DNA of 63,482 nucleotides, counting the filler, from Reticulomyxa filosa (taxonomy: Eukaryota; Protista; Foraminifera): the NCBI GenBank assembly GCA_000512085.1. It is 12 parts of 12 records of this genome, joined end to end, with 100 filler letters (N's around TTAATTAATTAA, not from the genome) between each part and the next. Parts side by side here need not be neighbours in the genome. Positions count along the whole stretch, not along the records: positions 51,102 to 55,023 come from ASPP01018792.1; positions 55,124 to 62,322 come from ASPP01047869.1; positions 62,423 to 63,482 come from ASPP01011770.1; 9 more parts are not named here. One strand, given 5' to 3'. The notes under the pieces were generated by a model, which did not search any database, had not been told where the DNA came from, and was given only the letters and a program-made list of their open reading frames with translations. Made by a program: the position numbers and the translations under genes. The number at the start of each line of letters is the position of its first letter. The first letter of the stretch is position 1. Positions 51,102 to 63,482 of the stretch are shown one piece after another.

Positions 51102-53575
51102 CTCCCTGTCTCAGAACAACAACAACAACAAGAAGGAAGACGAAGAGGACAGGGGGAAGAGGAGGAGGAGGAGGACGGAAACAAAGGAGTGCATACACGC
51201 ATAAAAGCAGAGATTGAAGAAAAAGAAAAAAAGAACGAGAAAAGGTGGACAATATTCGAATGGACAAACTTCGACATTGTTATTCGTTGCTTTTGTTTAA
51301 ACAAAAATTGTTTCTTCGTTCATTCAAACAAATGACAGCTGCCATTCATTTCTTAAAGCAAAACTTGTACTTTCACCTTCTCCCAATTCGTACCCTTTCC
51401 AAATATTATTCTCACGTCTTACACACATGCAATGTCTTATTCGATGCTCAAAATACTTTGCTTTTTTTTTTGGATTTTGTTCGCTCTGTTTCCAATCCTC
51501 GTTCCTTTTCACAACCCTTTTCGCAAGGTCTGGTTCTCAATATACACAATATACACATAAATATATAATTGAATAATACCATTTCATTAACCATACGTAT
51601 ATACATACATATTTTTTAAATACACGTGCGTGTACGTACTTTTTTATTTTTATTTTTATTTTTTAAATGTGTATTTTTGCTTAGGAACGGGAACGGACAC
51701 CGATTGGTCGAAGGTACCATTGGAAATGTTTGCGGAAGTGATATTCTGTTTGAAGAATTGCAAGCGCTATAGTGAAGCGATGGAGTATGGGAAGAAGGCG
51801 TTAGCGGTGTATCGCGACTCGAAGCACAAGGCCTGTGACCTCTTCTTGCTGCAGTCAGTCGAGGAAGTCATGCAGTTGCTGCAAAAAATCCAAGCAGCTG
51901 AGAAAATCCACATGCGAATACGCGACTCCAAGAGCTTTGACGACGTGGAGGGCTTTGTTCATCTCTGCGAAACGTACAATCTCCATTTCAATTCGTCACG
52001 CGCAAATATCGACACTCAACAAAAGTTCGAGTCATTAGTGCGCAGCTATCAATCACAGCGCAAAGCCAAGGCCAAGTTGGAGCAAGATTACAACCTTTTG
52101 AAAATGCGAACAGAGTTCGAACTCAGGCTACTAGTTAATTAAACATTATACAAAAAAAAAAAACACACATAAACAATGTAATAACAATAATAATAATAAT
52201 AATAAGTGATAACTGGTCTGGATGTCTTTATTTAGAAAAATGAAAACGAAAGACTGAAAGCACAAATAGTGGAGCTATTGGCAAATGCGCAATGTCTGCG
52301 TAGCATTGTGATATATGGAGATGCTCCACGAAGACACAAAGTGAACGAGGCCAAACCGAACTTTGAAACCGGAGACAACTTCAAAGGCAGTGTGTCTGCA
52401 CATGAACTTCGAAAGTTTATTAAAAATATTTACTCCCAACAGAAAAAAGTTTGGTTTTTTTTTTTTTTTGGAATAAGATGGAGTGAGAAAAAAATTTGGA
52501 GTCAACTGATTTGAATTTACGTATACGTAATTTAAAAAAATTTATAAACACAACAAAGGGGTGTGGGGGTTTGCTATTGTCGTCGATTTGCAAAAAAAAA
52601 AAAAAAAAGTCATTAAATATGAATGAAAATGAAATAACAATAAAAACCCGAGAAAAAACACATAAATGCTACTTGGAAAATATCAAGCGTTTTGTGAAAG
52701 AAAATGGAGAGTACAATGAAAACCCGCAGCGATGCGTGATCCCGTGTCCGAATGGGACCGTTCGCCTCGTGTCTTGTCACGATTTGATAATGGCGGTGAC
52801 GATAACGAACGATCCGCGGATTCCGTCACTGAATGGAGAAAATGGAGTGAAGGCCAAGATGGATATTCCAATAGCAAGTGTATTGGTGCAGTATTGTGGG
52901 ATGGAATATTTGTCGACCGAATTTGATGAAATTTATCGAGACACCACCGAACAAACATCGAGGAACCGCTATGCCTTTGAATTGGCAATCGAAGAGAAAC
53001 GCATATTGCAACGACTGGAAGAAAATGATTGGACTTTGAATGGATGTCATTACAAACAAGACCTGTGCTCTCACGAAAATTGCACGCCTACCATTCGCGT
53101 TGGCAATCAACACTTGCATTTTGTCATTGACGGAATGGGACTTAATCCGTGCAATGATGTCACTAATTTGTGGTGCTTGTTCAATGATTGCCGGAAAAAC
53201 ATCAATGTTCAAACTCCGACTACAGACGATCTACGTTTCCAAAATTGCGAATTTGTTCAGGTTTTTACAAAATAACTACTTTGATGCAAACAAAATTTGA
53301 TTGTGTTGCACATCTATGTGTATAACATATACATATATGTATATGATATGTGCCATGGGACAAATGTATAGGTCACTGTGGATGGGTGGACCTCGGTCTT
53401 TGTTGTTACTAACAAATACGTCAAAAAAGGGGAAGATCTTATGCTTTATTACGGACAAACTTACGGAGAGTCTTTAGTTGAACACAGTCAATATGTTCAA
53501 AATACCAAAGAAAAACAACAGTTCATTGATATGCAAATGCCCCGCGTTTGTGAACCTCTTTGTTTAACTGACTAA
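51102..53575 (+). CDS. SET-domain protein with an N-terminal TPR-like helical region, 5'-truncated, multi-exon
   Basis: GVKAKMDIPIASVLVQYCG; RYAFEL; FVIDG..NLWCLFNDCR; NCEFVQ|VTVDGWTSVFVVTNKYVKKGEDLMLYYGQTY. The upstream YSEAMEYGKKALAVY is TPR-like. Confidence 0.75.
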
Positions 53576-54163
53576 TTTCTTTTTTTTGTTTGTTTGTTTT
53601 TCAATTTAAAGGGCATCATTTACTTTTTTTGTATGTCTTATATTTAATTGGTGTGTTTGCAAATACATTTGTGTTGTTTACAAAATTTTATTTATTTAAC
53701 ATTTCGTGCTGATGCGTGTCCAAAATTAAAATCAGTGCATACAATACTATGTATCCGCTTTCTTTCTAATAATCCGATGTATAACATTGCTCACTCGTAT
53801 TACATCTGAAATTAGTCTTACTATGATAATATGGAAAGGCTAGATCCAAGCGTTGTTCAGATTTGTAAAAACAGTTTAAATTATTGATAGATGAATTAAT
53901 CATAAATATATTTTATGTTTAATTGTTTGAGCCAGGCACATATAAATTGCAGAAATACCACAAAAACTCCACGAATCAGGGAGTTGATAGTTGCATAAGT
54001 GACACTACGATAATCGCCTGCCCAGAAGGGGAAGGGAGAATGAAATATAACGTACTGCTGAAAGTGCAAACTGAGACAGGGGAGAGAACAAAAATTCCAA
54101 TTTTTTTTTGGTATATGTCTTTGTCCCCCTGTTCATCTTGAGTTCATCAATTCTGGTTGAAAC

Positions 54164-54920
54164 ATGTCAAACTTTAAGACAGGTGGTCGTCAAACAGAAA
54201 CACTTGGCCATATCATTGAAAAATTGCCGCCCTCGTTGTTCCAGCCCGAGACAGGTTACAATCCGTTTGAGTTTTGGAATTTGGACGAGGACACGTTAGA
54301 AGACTATAGCGAATGTGTGGAGAAGGGTGTGGAGATGGCGATTGAACGCCACCACAAAGGATTCAACACAGCGACGGTGAGTTTCAACATAATATTGGAA
54401 TCGTTTAAAGACGCGCAGCACAAGTTGCATACGTTAACAAACAATTTAATGCAATGCAAAAAATTGATTGGAGAGTCGATAATAAGAAAAGGCGACGGCA
54501 GTGATGAAGCAGTAATCGAGCCGATCAGCCATAGCAATACTAATGTAGCAACAACAACAGCAACAGCAGCAGCAGCAGCAGCAAATGCAAATAACACACA
54601 TAGTACCAACAATAATGAAGAAAGTAAGACTTCCGAGACAACAGCAAAAAAAGGCGAAGTGGTGGACTACAGTATCAGCAAAATTGAACAAATGAAAAAA
54701 ATGTGGGAAAAAAGCAAAGAATACAAGACAAAGCTCATCCTTCACGAAAAAGAGGAATACTTTCTGCAAGTTCCGGAGATCTTGTCCATCTATATCAAAA
54801 ACAAACAATTTGTCCACGCAGTTGTACTCGTGACCGATGCTTTGAATCTCTACATCAACGACTTGACCGAAGTCGATCAACTCAAGCATCACCAACAAAC
54901 TTTGCTCGAAAAAAAAGTTG
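54164..54920 (+). CDS. EXOC4: Exocyst complex component 4 (Sec8), N-terminal part, 3'-truncated
   Basis: IERHHKGFNTATVSFNIILESFKDAQ..L..CKKLI; MWEKSKEY; QVPEILSIYIKNKQFVHAV..ALNL...DLTEVDQL. This matches the Sec8 N-terminal pattern. Confidence 0.8.
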
Positions 54921-55133
54921 CGCTTTCTTTGTTTTGCATTTCTTTGGTTTTATGTCTTCTTGTTGAGGTAGTTCAAAGAGCACTCTGGGAAGCACTACGG
55001 AGAGAAGAGAAGGAGGGGGGGGGNNNNNNNNNNNNNNNNNNNNNNNNNNNNNNNNNNNNNNNNNNNNTTAATTAATTAANNNNNNNNNNNNNNNNNNNNN
55101 NNNNNNNNNNNNNNNNNNNNNNNAAAAAACCAA

Positions 55134-55168
<35 letters not shown>

Positions 55169-55169
<1 letters not shown>

Positions 55170-56729
55170 TGAAAAGTGCGTGTTATGGGAACTCGAAGCA
55201 AAGGACTTTTATGCACTGTTGGGACCTGTGGTGGATATAATCGACGACAAAATCAATTCGTACAAGCGCAGCGCGGAAATAATAAAGCAAGACAAAGAGC
55301 AGGAAAAGAAGAGACAGACGTTGGTGGCACAACAAAACAAAAACTCAGAAGCGCGTCGCGAATCGAAGAAGCACGTGTGCGGGTTGAAAGAACTGAAACA
55401 CATTGGCGTGTTAGGAAAAGGTGGGTTCGGCTTGGTCACTTTGGTCGTCGATCCAAACACAAACAAATCATACGCGTTGAAAGCCATTAAAAAATTTCAA
55501 GTGGTCGAATTGGATTTGTCAAAGCACATTGTCAGTGAAAAGAAAGTCATGGATATGATGCATAATAAATTCTTAGTCAACTTGTTACGTACGTGTATTA
55601 TTATTATTATTAATTGTATTTTATGTGTACATTTACATTTACGTTTACATTTACATTTACGTTTACATTTACATTTACATTTACGTTTACATTTACATTT
55701 ACATTTATATTGACAATATCGCTCTTATGCTCTTTTTGTAGACATGCGACTTACAAAGATAAATTACGTGTATACTTTTTGCTCGACGTGTGCTTGGGAG
55801 GCGAATTGTTCACCATTTTACGACAAAAGCGATACTTCAATGAGCCCACGTCAAAGTTTTATGCTGCTTGTGTCATTGAGGCTTTTGACTATATGCATTC
55901 CATGGACATTATTTATCGAGATTTGAAGCCCGAAAACTTGGTTTTGGATAGCGATGGATACTTGAAAGTCACCGATTTTGGTTTTGCTAAAGTTTGTCCG
56001 GACAAGTTACGCTTTTTTTTCTTTATTTATTATGACTTTTTATATAAATATATGTACATATATTTATATACATATGTACATATATACATATATGTATATA
56101 AGAGAGTTATGATTTCTATTCATTTTTGCAAATGAATAGAACATACACGTTGTGCGGAACTCCGGATTATTTGTGCCCAGAAATTGTGACTGGACAAGGA
56201 CATGGAAAAGGTGTCGATTGGTGGACTTTGGGTATATTGATCTATGAAATGTTGGCAAGCTTCCCACCTTTTGTTGCCGATGACCCTGTCGACACGTATC
56301 GCAAAATCGTCGCCGGTAAAATTCGCTTCCCACAATACTTTAGTCAAGAGGCTAGAGACTTGATTCGCGCTTTGCTGCAAAATAAACCTAACCGTCGATT
56401 GGCGTGCTTACGAGGCGGGGCTGAAAACATTCGCACACACGCTTGGTATAAAGGTTTCAAATGGGATCAATTGAGAGAAGGAAAAATTACTGCCCCTATT
56501 ATCAACAAGGTTAACATACTAATCCACGACTAAAGACATACACATACATATTTATATACACATATATATATTTGGGAAAGTTTGATCTTTTTTTTGCATA
56601 TACACTTAACTCCCCATAAATAAATAGGTACGTGATCACTTGGACTGTTCCAACTTTGCCGAAGTTGAGGTTGGTCCTGATGATGCAAAACCTATCCCAG
56701 TTGAGAAAGAGTTTGACCAGGACTTTTAA
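55169..56729 (+). CDS. PKG: cGMP-dependent protein kinase (end of cNMP-binding domain plus AGC kinase), 5'-truncated, 4 exons here
   Basis: [12 protein letters not shown] (cNMP-domain end); LGKGGFGLV; YALK; [10 protein letters not shown]; [10 protein letters not shown]; DFGFAK; [14 protein letters not shown]; [12 protein letters not shown]; C-terminal FDQDF*. Confidence 0.88.
55629..55708. repeat. (TTTACA/TTTACG)n hexanucleotide microsatellite in a PKG intron
   Basis: Visible tandem hexamers. Confidence 0.9.
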
Positions 56730-57183
56730 GTTTGGGTGTTGTCAAAATTTTGTACAGTCAATGGACTAGGAGGCCTTTTTCCCTTTGTTTGTTTGAGAGA
56801 ATCAATTGAAAAATGCACAAAACAAAACTAATTAAAAAAAATTATACCTCAGTATTTAAACGGAGCACAGTCTATTTTTTGGCTCAAAAAAAAGGGGAGT
56901 CCGCAGTTTTTACTTGAAGCAAAAAAAAGGGAAATTATCTGCCAAAAATTGTAAGATTAGATCCGAGGAAATATTAGTTGCAAACAAGAAAGTTTTTTGT
57001 GCATTACTTTAGTTAATATTAGTGTTCATAGAAAGATTTTTTTTAAGCTTATATGCAAATCGTCATAATTCCAAAATAAAAACTGTTGTGATTTTTTGTT
57101 TCTGCTCAAAACACATTGTCAATCAGTGGAAAAAATATATTTGAATAAATTCAATCAAAAAATCAAACATTGAAACAAAATGA

Positions 57184-58533
57184 TTAATATCCCCAAATAC
57201 AAATTGGACCTTTGAATGAACCATAACACAGATTAACATCACAAACAGTATCACTTTTACGCTTCATATCCTTTTTTAATTGAAAAAATTTAACACACAA
57301 TATTCCATTACAGTCTTTGATTAAATGCAAACTATTCTTATTTGACCTAATATCCCAAAATCGGATTGTACTATCTCTTGATCCAGAGCATATCACATTT
57401 GATATTTCACCAATATCAATGTTATTTGTTACAAATGGTGAATATGCAACAGCCCATACTTCACTTGTATGTCCATTGAACACTTGAATTTGTTTACCAG
57501 ATCGAATATCCCACAAACGAACACTTTTATCTTCTGATCCAGATAATATTGTATTCATTAATTCATTTGATCCATATTTTACACTATTCAATGCTTGTTG
57601 ATGTCCTTCAAATGCAATGAATTGTTTGGTTGTTTCAATGTCCCATATACGAATGGTTTTATCACTTGATCCAGAACAAATTGTATATCCATTTCCACCA
57701 ATCACACCAATATTATTACTTTTATTACTGTTGCTTTGCAATGGTGAAATATCAATACACCAAATGCTATATTCATGTCCATTGAAAACATGTAATGGTT
57801 TTGATGTTTCAACATCCCATAAACGAACAGTGTTGTCACCAGATCCAGAGCACAAATATCGACCACCATTAAATGGTGAAAATTCAAGTCCACCAACCCA
57901 TTTATTGTGTCCATTGAATTCTTGTAATTGTCTATTATGTTTGAAGTCCCAAAAACGAATGGTTTTGTTAGCTGATGAAGAACAAATGACATTTTGATTA
58001 TGATTGTAATAATGATATGGTGAAAATTTTGCACAATATACCCAAGCTGAATGTTTATTGAATGATTGAATTTGTTTGCTGGTTTCAACATCCCACACAC
58101 GAACTGTTTTATCATATGATCCAGAGCAAATTAATTGACAATCATTAAATGTCGAAATATCGATACTATAAACAAAATCAGTGTGCCCAGTGAATGCGGT
58201 AAGTAAATGTGACGATACACGAAATATATCAAGCATGATGAAGGTGTTTGCCTGAAATTTTTTTTTTTTATGAAATAACAGCAAATAAATAGCTGCCGTT
58301 GAATAAAATAAACTTACATATTTAATAACAATTTTGTCAAAATCGTGGATCCACCCTAACTTAATGTTTAATATTCTAATCCAATATTTAATTACTTTAA
58401 TTTCTTTTTCTTCTGACAGATTTATCTAAATCACAACAAAGCAAACGTTAAAAGACAGCTCTTTCTGAAGGACGTGCTGAAATGAACTTACCACTGGTTG
58501 TCGCATTGTTAACCCTTTTTCAAAAGTTTCCAT
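57184..58533 (-). CDS. WD40-repeat protein (lineage-expanded type), 3 exons
   Basis: METFEKG..|INLSEEKEIKVIKYWIRILNIKLGWIHDFDKIVIKY|ANTF... followed by about seven GH..WD repeats ending ICIWGY*. Confidence 0.9.
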
Positions 58534-61500
58534 TTTTTCAGCTTCTCTTAGATGATGATAATGATGTATGATGCAAGATTTAAACTTGGAATTTTTTCTA
58601 GCTACAAGGGATTACAACATGTAGACCAATTTTTGTTACACAATTTCATTTTCCCTTTCCTCAAAAATCATTAAAGTTTATTCCTTATAAAATTTTTGTA
58701 TTCATTTCATTCAACATGGATTACTAAATAAATGAATTTAAAACTTTTTGCTTGTAAGTATTCAAAACACGATACTTCTTTATCAAAGATTGAAGATATG
58801 CTCATGATAATTCTCTCTGTTCTAACAAAAATGACTGAAAGAAGTTTCGATCATTTTTGCCATGCAAAGTTTTTGAGAAGGTTGATATCTATACGGAAAG
58901 TATTTCAAATGTACGTATTTTGAAGTAAGAATATACATGTTTTCATCTCTGTATTATCTAAAAACCGTCATTTTATACAATATTCCTAATGAATGTTTTG
59001 AAAGCACAAAAACGACGCAGTAACATCTATTGATACAGTACTTTGCTATAGCATTACGCTCTCTTTTCTTCACTTTCTGATCCTTTCAAAATATTTGAGT
59101 GTCGATTTTTATGACATTTTAAATATTTTTTGATGTAATCAAATAATATTCTTTTCTTTTTTTGGAATGTGACGCATGAACCTCTTAAACGATCACAATT
59201 TTGATACTCTGGCCATCATATTGATGTTCTTCTTCCTTTCTCCCTACTTTAAGCAAAGTTGATTTATTCCAACAACAACTTCTAAGTACTTTGTTGGATG
59301 TCTGAATGACAAGGAGTGAATTATGAAGTCAGTGGAAATTAAAAGGAAGAGTCTTTTTTAGTATTGTCTCGAGGAAGCATTTACTTATAACATGCTCAAA
59401 ATATTATAATTGTCATGTCACTTATGCCACGAATAGAGACAACTTCGAAGCTATTTCCTGTTTGAGTTGGAAAAATTGTATTACTTCTTGAAATAAAAGC
59501 TAACTTGTAATAGATGATATATTCAATTTAATTTTCTTTTTAAAATTTTTTTCTCATTGAAAAAGAAAACAACAATATTTTTGAATTCTATTTTTCATAC
59601 ATTAAAATATTTTTACAGCCCATTCGTTGTCATATTAAAAAAGTTCAAATATTTTCCATTTTATATCAGCAACGACAACATCAAGCGAAAAAACAAAAAA
59701 AGTCAAAAGAATGAAAACTCCTGACAATGGAACACAACAAGCGTCAGTAACTTTACTTCAAATTTTCAGCTGTTTTTATGCTTTTATTACAGTTGAATTT
59801 ATTACATAAAATTTGTGATTGAAAAAGTCAAAAGAAGAAGAGGCTTATCCAACATTGGATTCGAACAGGACGAATTTCATTCAACCTGCTCTAGTTTGTA
59901 TGCAATCTCACAAACTCTTAGAACATCCAAAAATTCATTTACTGGCTACTCAATTGGCTTTTGGCTGTATCAAAATTGATGTGTCATTGCGTATTAAATT
60001 CCAAATAAGATAGATAATGACCTTAAGGTCTTTGGATAGTCTATTTATAAGACAGAACATACAAACTTAAATCAGTGATGTGAACATTCTGACAGACTTG
60101 ATCAAATAATTGGATAACTAGCTATCGCAACGAAATTTACTTTCATGCTAGAAAGTTGGTCGTGAAACAAGAAATATATGATATAATTCGCAATTACACG
60201 CAAAACAAGGTAAATATAAAATCTTTTCAAGGCATAATGAATTTAGGATGATGCAAAATAAAAAACCTATTATAAGGAAGCTTTATGGAAAAACGACTTG
60301 TCCTAAGTGACTATTGAGAATCCCGGGGAGCTACAAATCATTTCGAACAGCCTATCTGTTATTTTTTCCAATGCACCAAAAAAAAAATTGATTGTTGAAT
60401 ATACTTTTTACATTGGAAAGAGGATGATCAGTATATGTCAAAATATACCAAAAATGACTACGTTTTGTGTAAACAGATATTATTCATCATTTATATTTTT
60501 TGTCCTTTAAAATGTACAATAATTTATTTACTATCATAAGTTCATCAGTGCCACCTCTTGTGAAGTTTAATATTCGCAATTGTGTTAGCATATGCATTAA
60601 AATCGCTAACAGATCTTTCGGCAATATATTACGCTGCATACTATAACTATATACATTCGTTCACACTTAACTGCTTAAAATACCAAAAACACACAAATAC
60701 TGAGATAAAATTTACATTTAACTACACTTTTTCTAAAAAAAAATTTTTAGTCATACATACATTATAAATTTTGTTTTTCATTTTTATTGAATGCATTTTC
60801 AAAAAAATTTTAAAAATGATGAAATAAAAAATATTAAGTTTTTATTGCATGCGTCACAATGTGGCTCAATGTCAAAATTTTTATTTATCATTTTTTTTCG
60901 AACAAATTTTGTTAATGTGTTTTTGTTTGTCTTATTATGTAATTTTTTTTGACTGCAATTTTGTTATAATAAATTTTATCTATTAAATAGTTTTTATTGT
61001 TATGTAGAATGATTGTGATTAAGAATATTGCTTGTTTATTTGTGTTTGTTTGAATTTGCATTATTGTTCATTATTTTGCGCTTCCACAGTTTTGGTTAAT
61101 GCTTACGTTTATTATTGTTGCGAATGTTTGTTGTCAACTTACCATGATCTGATCATACTTGTTATCATGACTACAAACATTGTTCGGTCAATATCTTCTA
61201 CTTTGCTTCTACTGCTGAAAATTATATTTGTTCTAATATATCACGTAATATTCGTTTTGAAGACACATACTATTGATATGTTCAACATGGGTTTTTTTTT
61301 TTAAAAGAAATTTTTGTCGCTTAATTATTATAACTTTGTATATTATCATTATTACTATTGCTTTTATGATTGCCAAAAAAGCTTAATTTATTTTTATTTC
61401 ATTGCTACATCTCTTTTCAAATGTTCAATTTTGTTTAGCTACTCATATCCTTGCAAATGTGATATTGTAGTACTATCAGTTCCTCGTACGAAACTTACTT

Positions 61501-61649
61501 GACTTAATATTTCTATTGTTGTTACTACAATCTATTGTTGTCCTTTTTTTGAAATATATTACTTTGTGGACAGTCATATTTGAATCCACTGTAATATTCC
61601 TTTTCTTATTTCGTGCTTTGAACTGTTCCAAAAGGTTTTCTTTGCAATT

Positions 61650-61830
61650 CTATTATAAATCCAAATCCTGCTTAAAATATTGCACCATCAAGTATTTTGT
61701 CACTTCCACTTTGCTGTAGCTGCATGCCATGTGCAAACTCGTTCGTTAGTAGTATATCCTTTAGGTTCTCTTTTAACACTTGAAGGACAAAATCAAGGTC
61801 ACCTCTACGATAACCATCAAAGATATCCAT
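61650..61830 (-). pseudogene. Ankyrin-repeat gene remnant
   Basis: MDIFDGYRRGDLDFVLQVLKENLKDILLTN, then a frameshift, then TSLHMACSYSKVEVTKYLMVQYFKQDLDL**. It is not in the ORF track. Confidence 0.55.
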
Positions 61831-62422
61831 TACATGCTTTTAATCGCTATCAGGTCCAACCCACTGGCATGCGAAGCTATGATGTCCGAGAATTAAAAAA
61901 GAGGATCTCCAAAGTTCAAAAATCGGTCTGTTGTATGTTCACTTTTTAGTTTCAAATTAATTTTCCATAAATGAGAGGGTAAATCAAAATGTACTTACTG
62001 CGTGTAAAAAAAAAGAACATAATTTTTTCTTAGTTTATGATGACACCTCTTTGTATTCGAAATCAAATGAAATCATTTATTGGGCTTAGTTGTGTCAGTT
62101 CTCCAAGACCAGACCGAACAACAAAAAGAAATGAAGTGACCGTGTCGAGCACTCAAAAAATACTTCATTCAGATTATTCCACTTCAAAAATATAGCGTTC
62201 ACAAAAGATTTTTTGCAATACATTTTAACCAAAAATAAAAAACGTAACAGATGGACACTTGGAGTGTCTCAATAGGGGAAAAAAATATTATGTATTTTTT
62301 TGTTTTTTTTTTTTTTTTTTTTNNNNNNNNNNNNNNNNNNNNNNNNNNNNNNNNNNNNNNNNNNNNTTAATTAATTAANNNNNNNNNNNNNNNNNNNNNN
62401 NNNNNNNNNNNNNNNNNNNNNN

Positions 62423-63480
62423 CGGCGCGACGGTGTCAACGTAAGCGGATTGGCGATAAATGGCTCGCTGAGCATCTGTTCGACCACCGGGTGGCGGCCT
62501 TCGACAATATGGATACCCACTGCCGGTTGTAACTCTGGCCGGCGGTAATTCAGCGTCAGCGCACGTTCGGCGAAATTGGTCAATACGTCTAATTCGGCCA
62601 AACTGCCTGCCAGTTGTTGCAATGCAGCTAAGTCAGGCGCGACCAGTTCGAATAATTGCTCATAAAGCTGCTTTTCCAGCGCCAGCGCTTTACTCTCACT
62701 GCCCAGCACTTTGTCTTCATATTCTTTCAGCTCGGGAATGATGTAGCGCTCATTGTTTTTTAGTGTTTGGCGGCGGATATAATCAGCCGGTACCGCGTCT
62801 GCTGCCGAGCGACCGGTTTCGATGTAATAACCGGCGACACGGTTAAAGCCAACTTTTAACGAGGCAATTCCGGTTCTGTCGCGCTCGCGGATCTCCAGTT
62901 GTTCCAGATAATCGGTGGCGCCTTTGGCCAGCGCCCGCCACTGATCAAGCTCAGCATGATAGCCATCGGCAATCACACCGCCGTCGCGGATCAGCACCGG
63001 TGGGTTGTCGATGATGGCCCGTTCTAATAGCGCAGTGAGCGCTGGTAACGGCTGGCAATCTGCGGCCAGCTGTTGTAACAACACTGCATTAAAACCCTGG
63101 GTCAAGCCACTGAGTTCGGGCAATTGCTGCAGCGCCTGTCGTAAGCGGGCAAAGTCACGAGGCCGGGCGCTACGCAGTGCGATACGGGCGACTATCCGCT
63201 CGATATCCCCAATGTGTTTGAGGAGCGGTTGTAACTCAGTAAGATGGTCTTGCAACTCCGCAACGGCCAGATGACGGGCCTGCACTTTGTCTTGGGCCCG
63301 TAATGGTGCATGGATCCAGCGCTTTAGTAACCGACTGCCCATCGCAGTCTGACATTGATCGATGACGGCAGCCAATGAGTGAGCGTATTGGCCACTCAGT
63401 GTTTGTGTTAATTCCAGATTCCGCCGGGTGGCAGCGTCCAGCACGATGAACTCGTCTTGTTTTTCCAGCGCAACGGCACG
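62423..63480 (-). CDS. mutS: Bacterial DNA mismatch repair protein MutS, internal fragment
   Basis: [12 protein letters not shown]; [11 protein letters not shown]; [19 protein letters not shown]; LKVGFNRV; [26 protein letters not shown]; [14 protein letters not shown]. The contig is intronless, GC-rich and E. coli-like (gammaproteobacterial). Confidence 0.97.
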
Positions 63481-63482
63481 CA

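Noticed and set aside
62423-63482. mutS as a horizontally acquired host gene
   Set aside because: It sits on a separate contig with no host flanks, no introns and no drift toward host AT content.

Overview
This is not one continuous locus. It is 12 short contigs joined by 11 identical 100-nt artificial linkers (N44-TTAATTAATTAA-N44). Eleven contigs come from an AT-rich, intron-rich eukaryote using the standard genetic code. The gene-family style (NACHT-pentapeptide-WD40 proteins, RING/TRAF-like N-termini, 'LGWIHDFDKIV' WD40 proteins, poly-Asn tracts, A-run splice acceptors) suggests the foraminiferan Reticulomyxa filosa; this is inference. The last contig is a GC-rich gammaproteobacterial mutS fragment, probably from a co-assembled bacterium. 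Recognisable genes: a TPR protein, AP-2 mu, an RbfA-like gene, a decayed class II HDAC, an AGTRAP-like gene, a SAM methyltransferase, a RecQ helicase, a >3000-aa polycystin-1-like REJ/GPS surface protein, an XK-family protein, a 7TM receptor-like protein, a TPR-SET protein, Sec8, PKG and a WD40 protein. The most interesting feature is an NLR-like STAND protein (34698-40002). It carries a RelA/SpoT-type nucleotidyltransferase (alarmone-synthetase fold) domain ahead of NACHT, pentapeptide and about 13 variable WD40 repeats. It sits head-to-head with a RING/TRAF-zinc-finger gene, making it a candidate protist innate-immune module. All calls are by eye; no searches were run.
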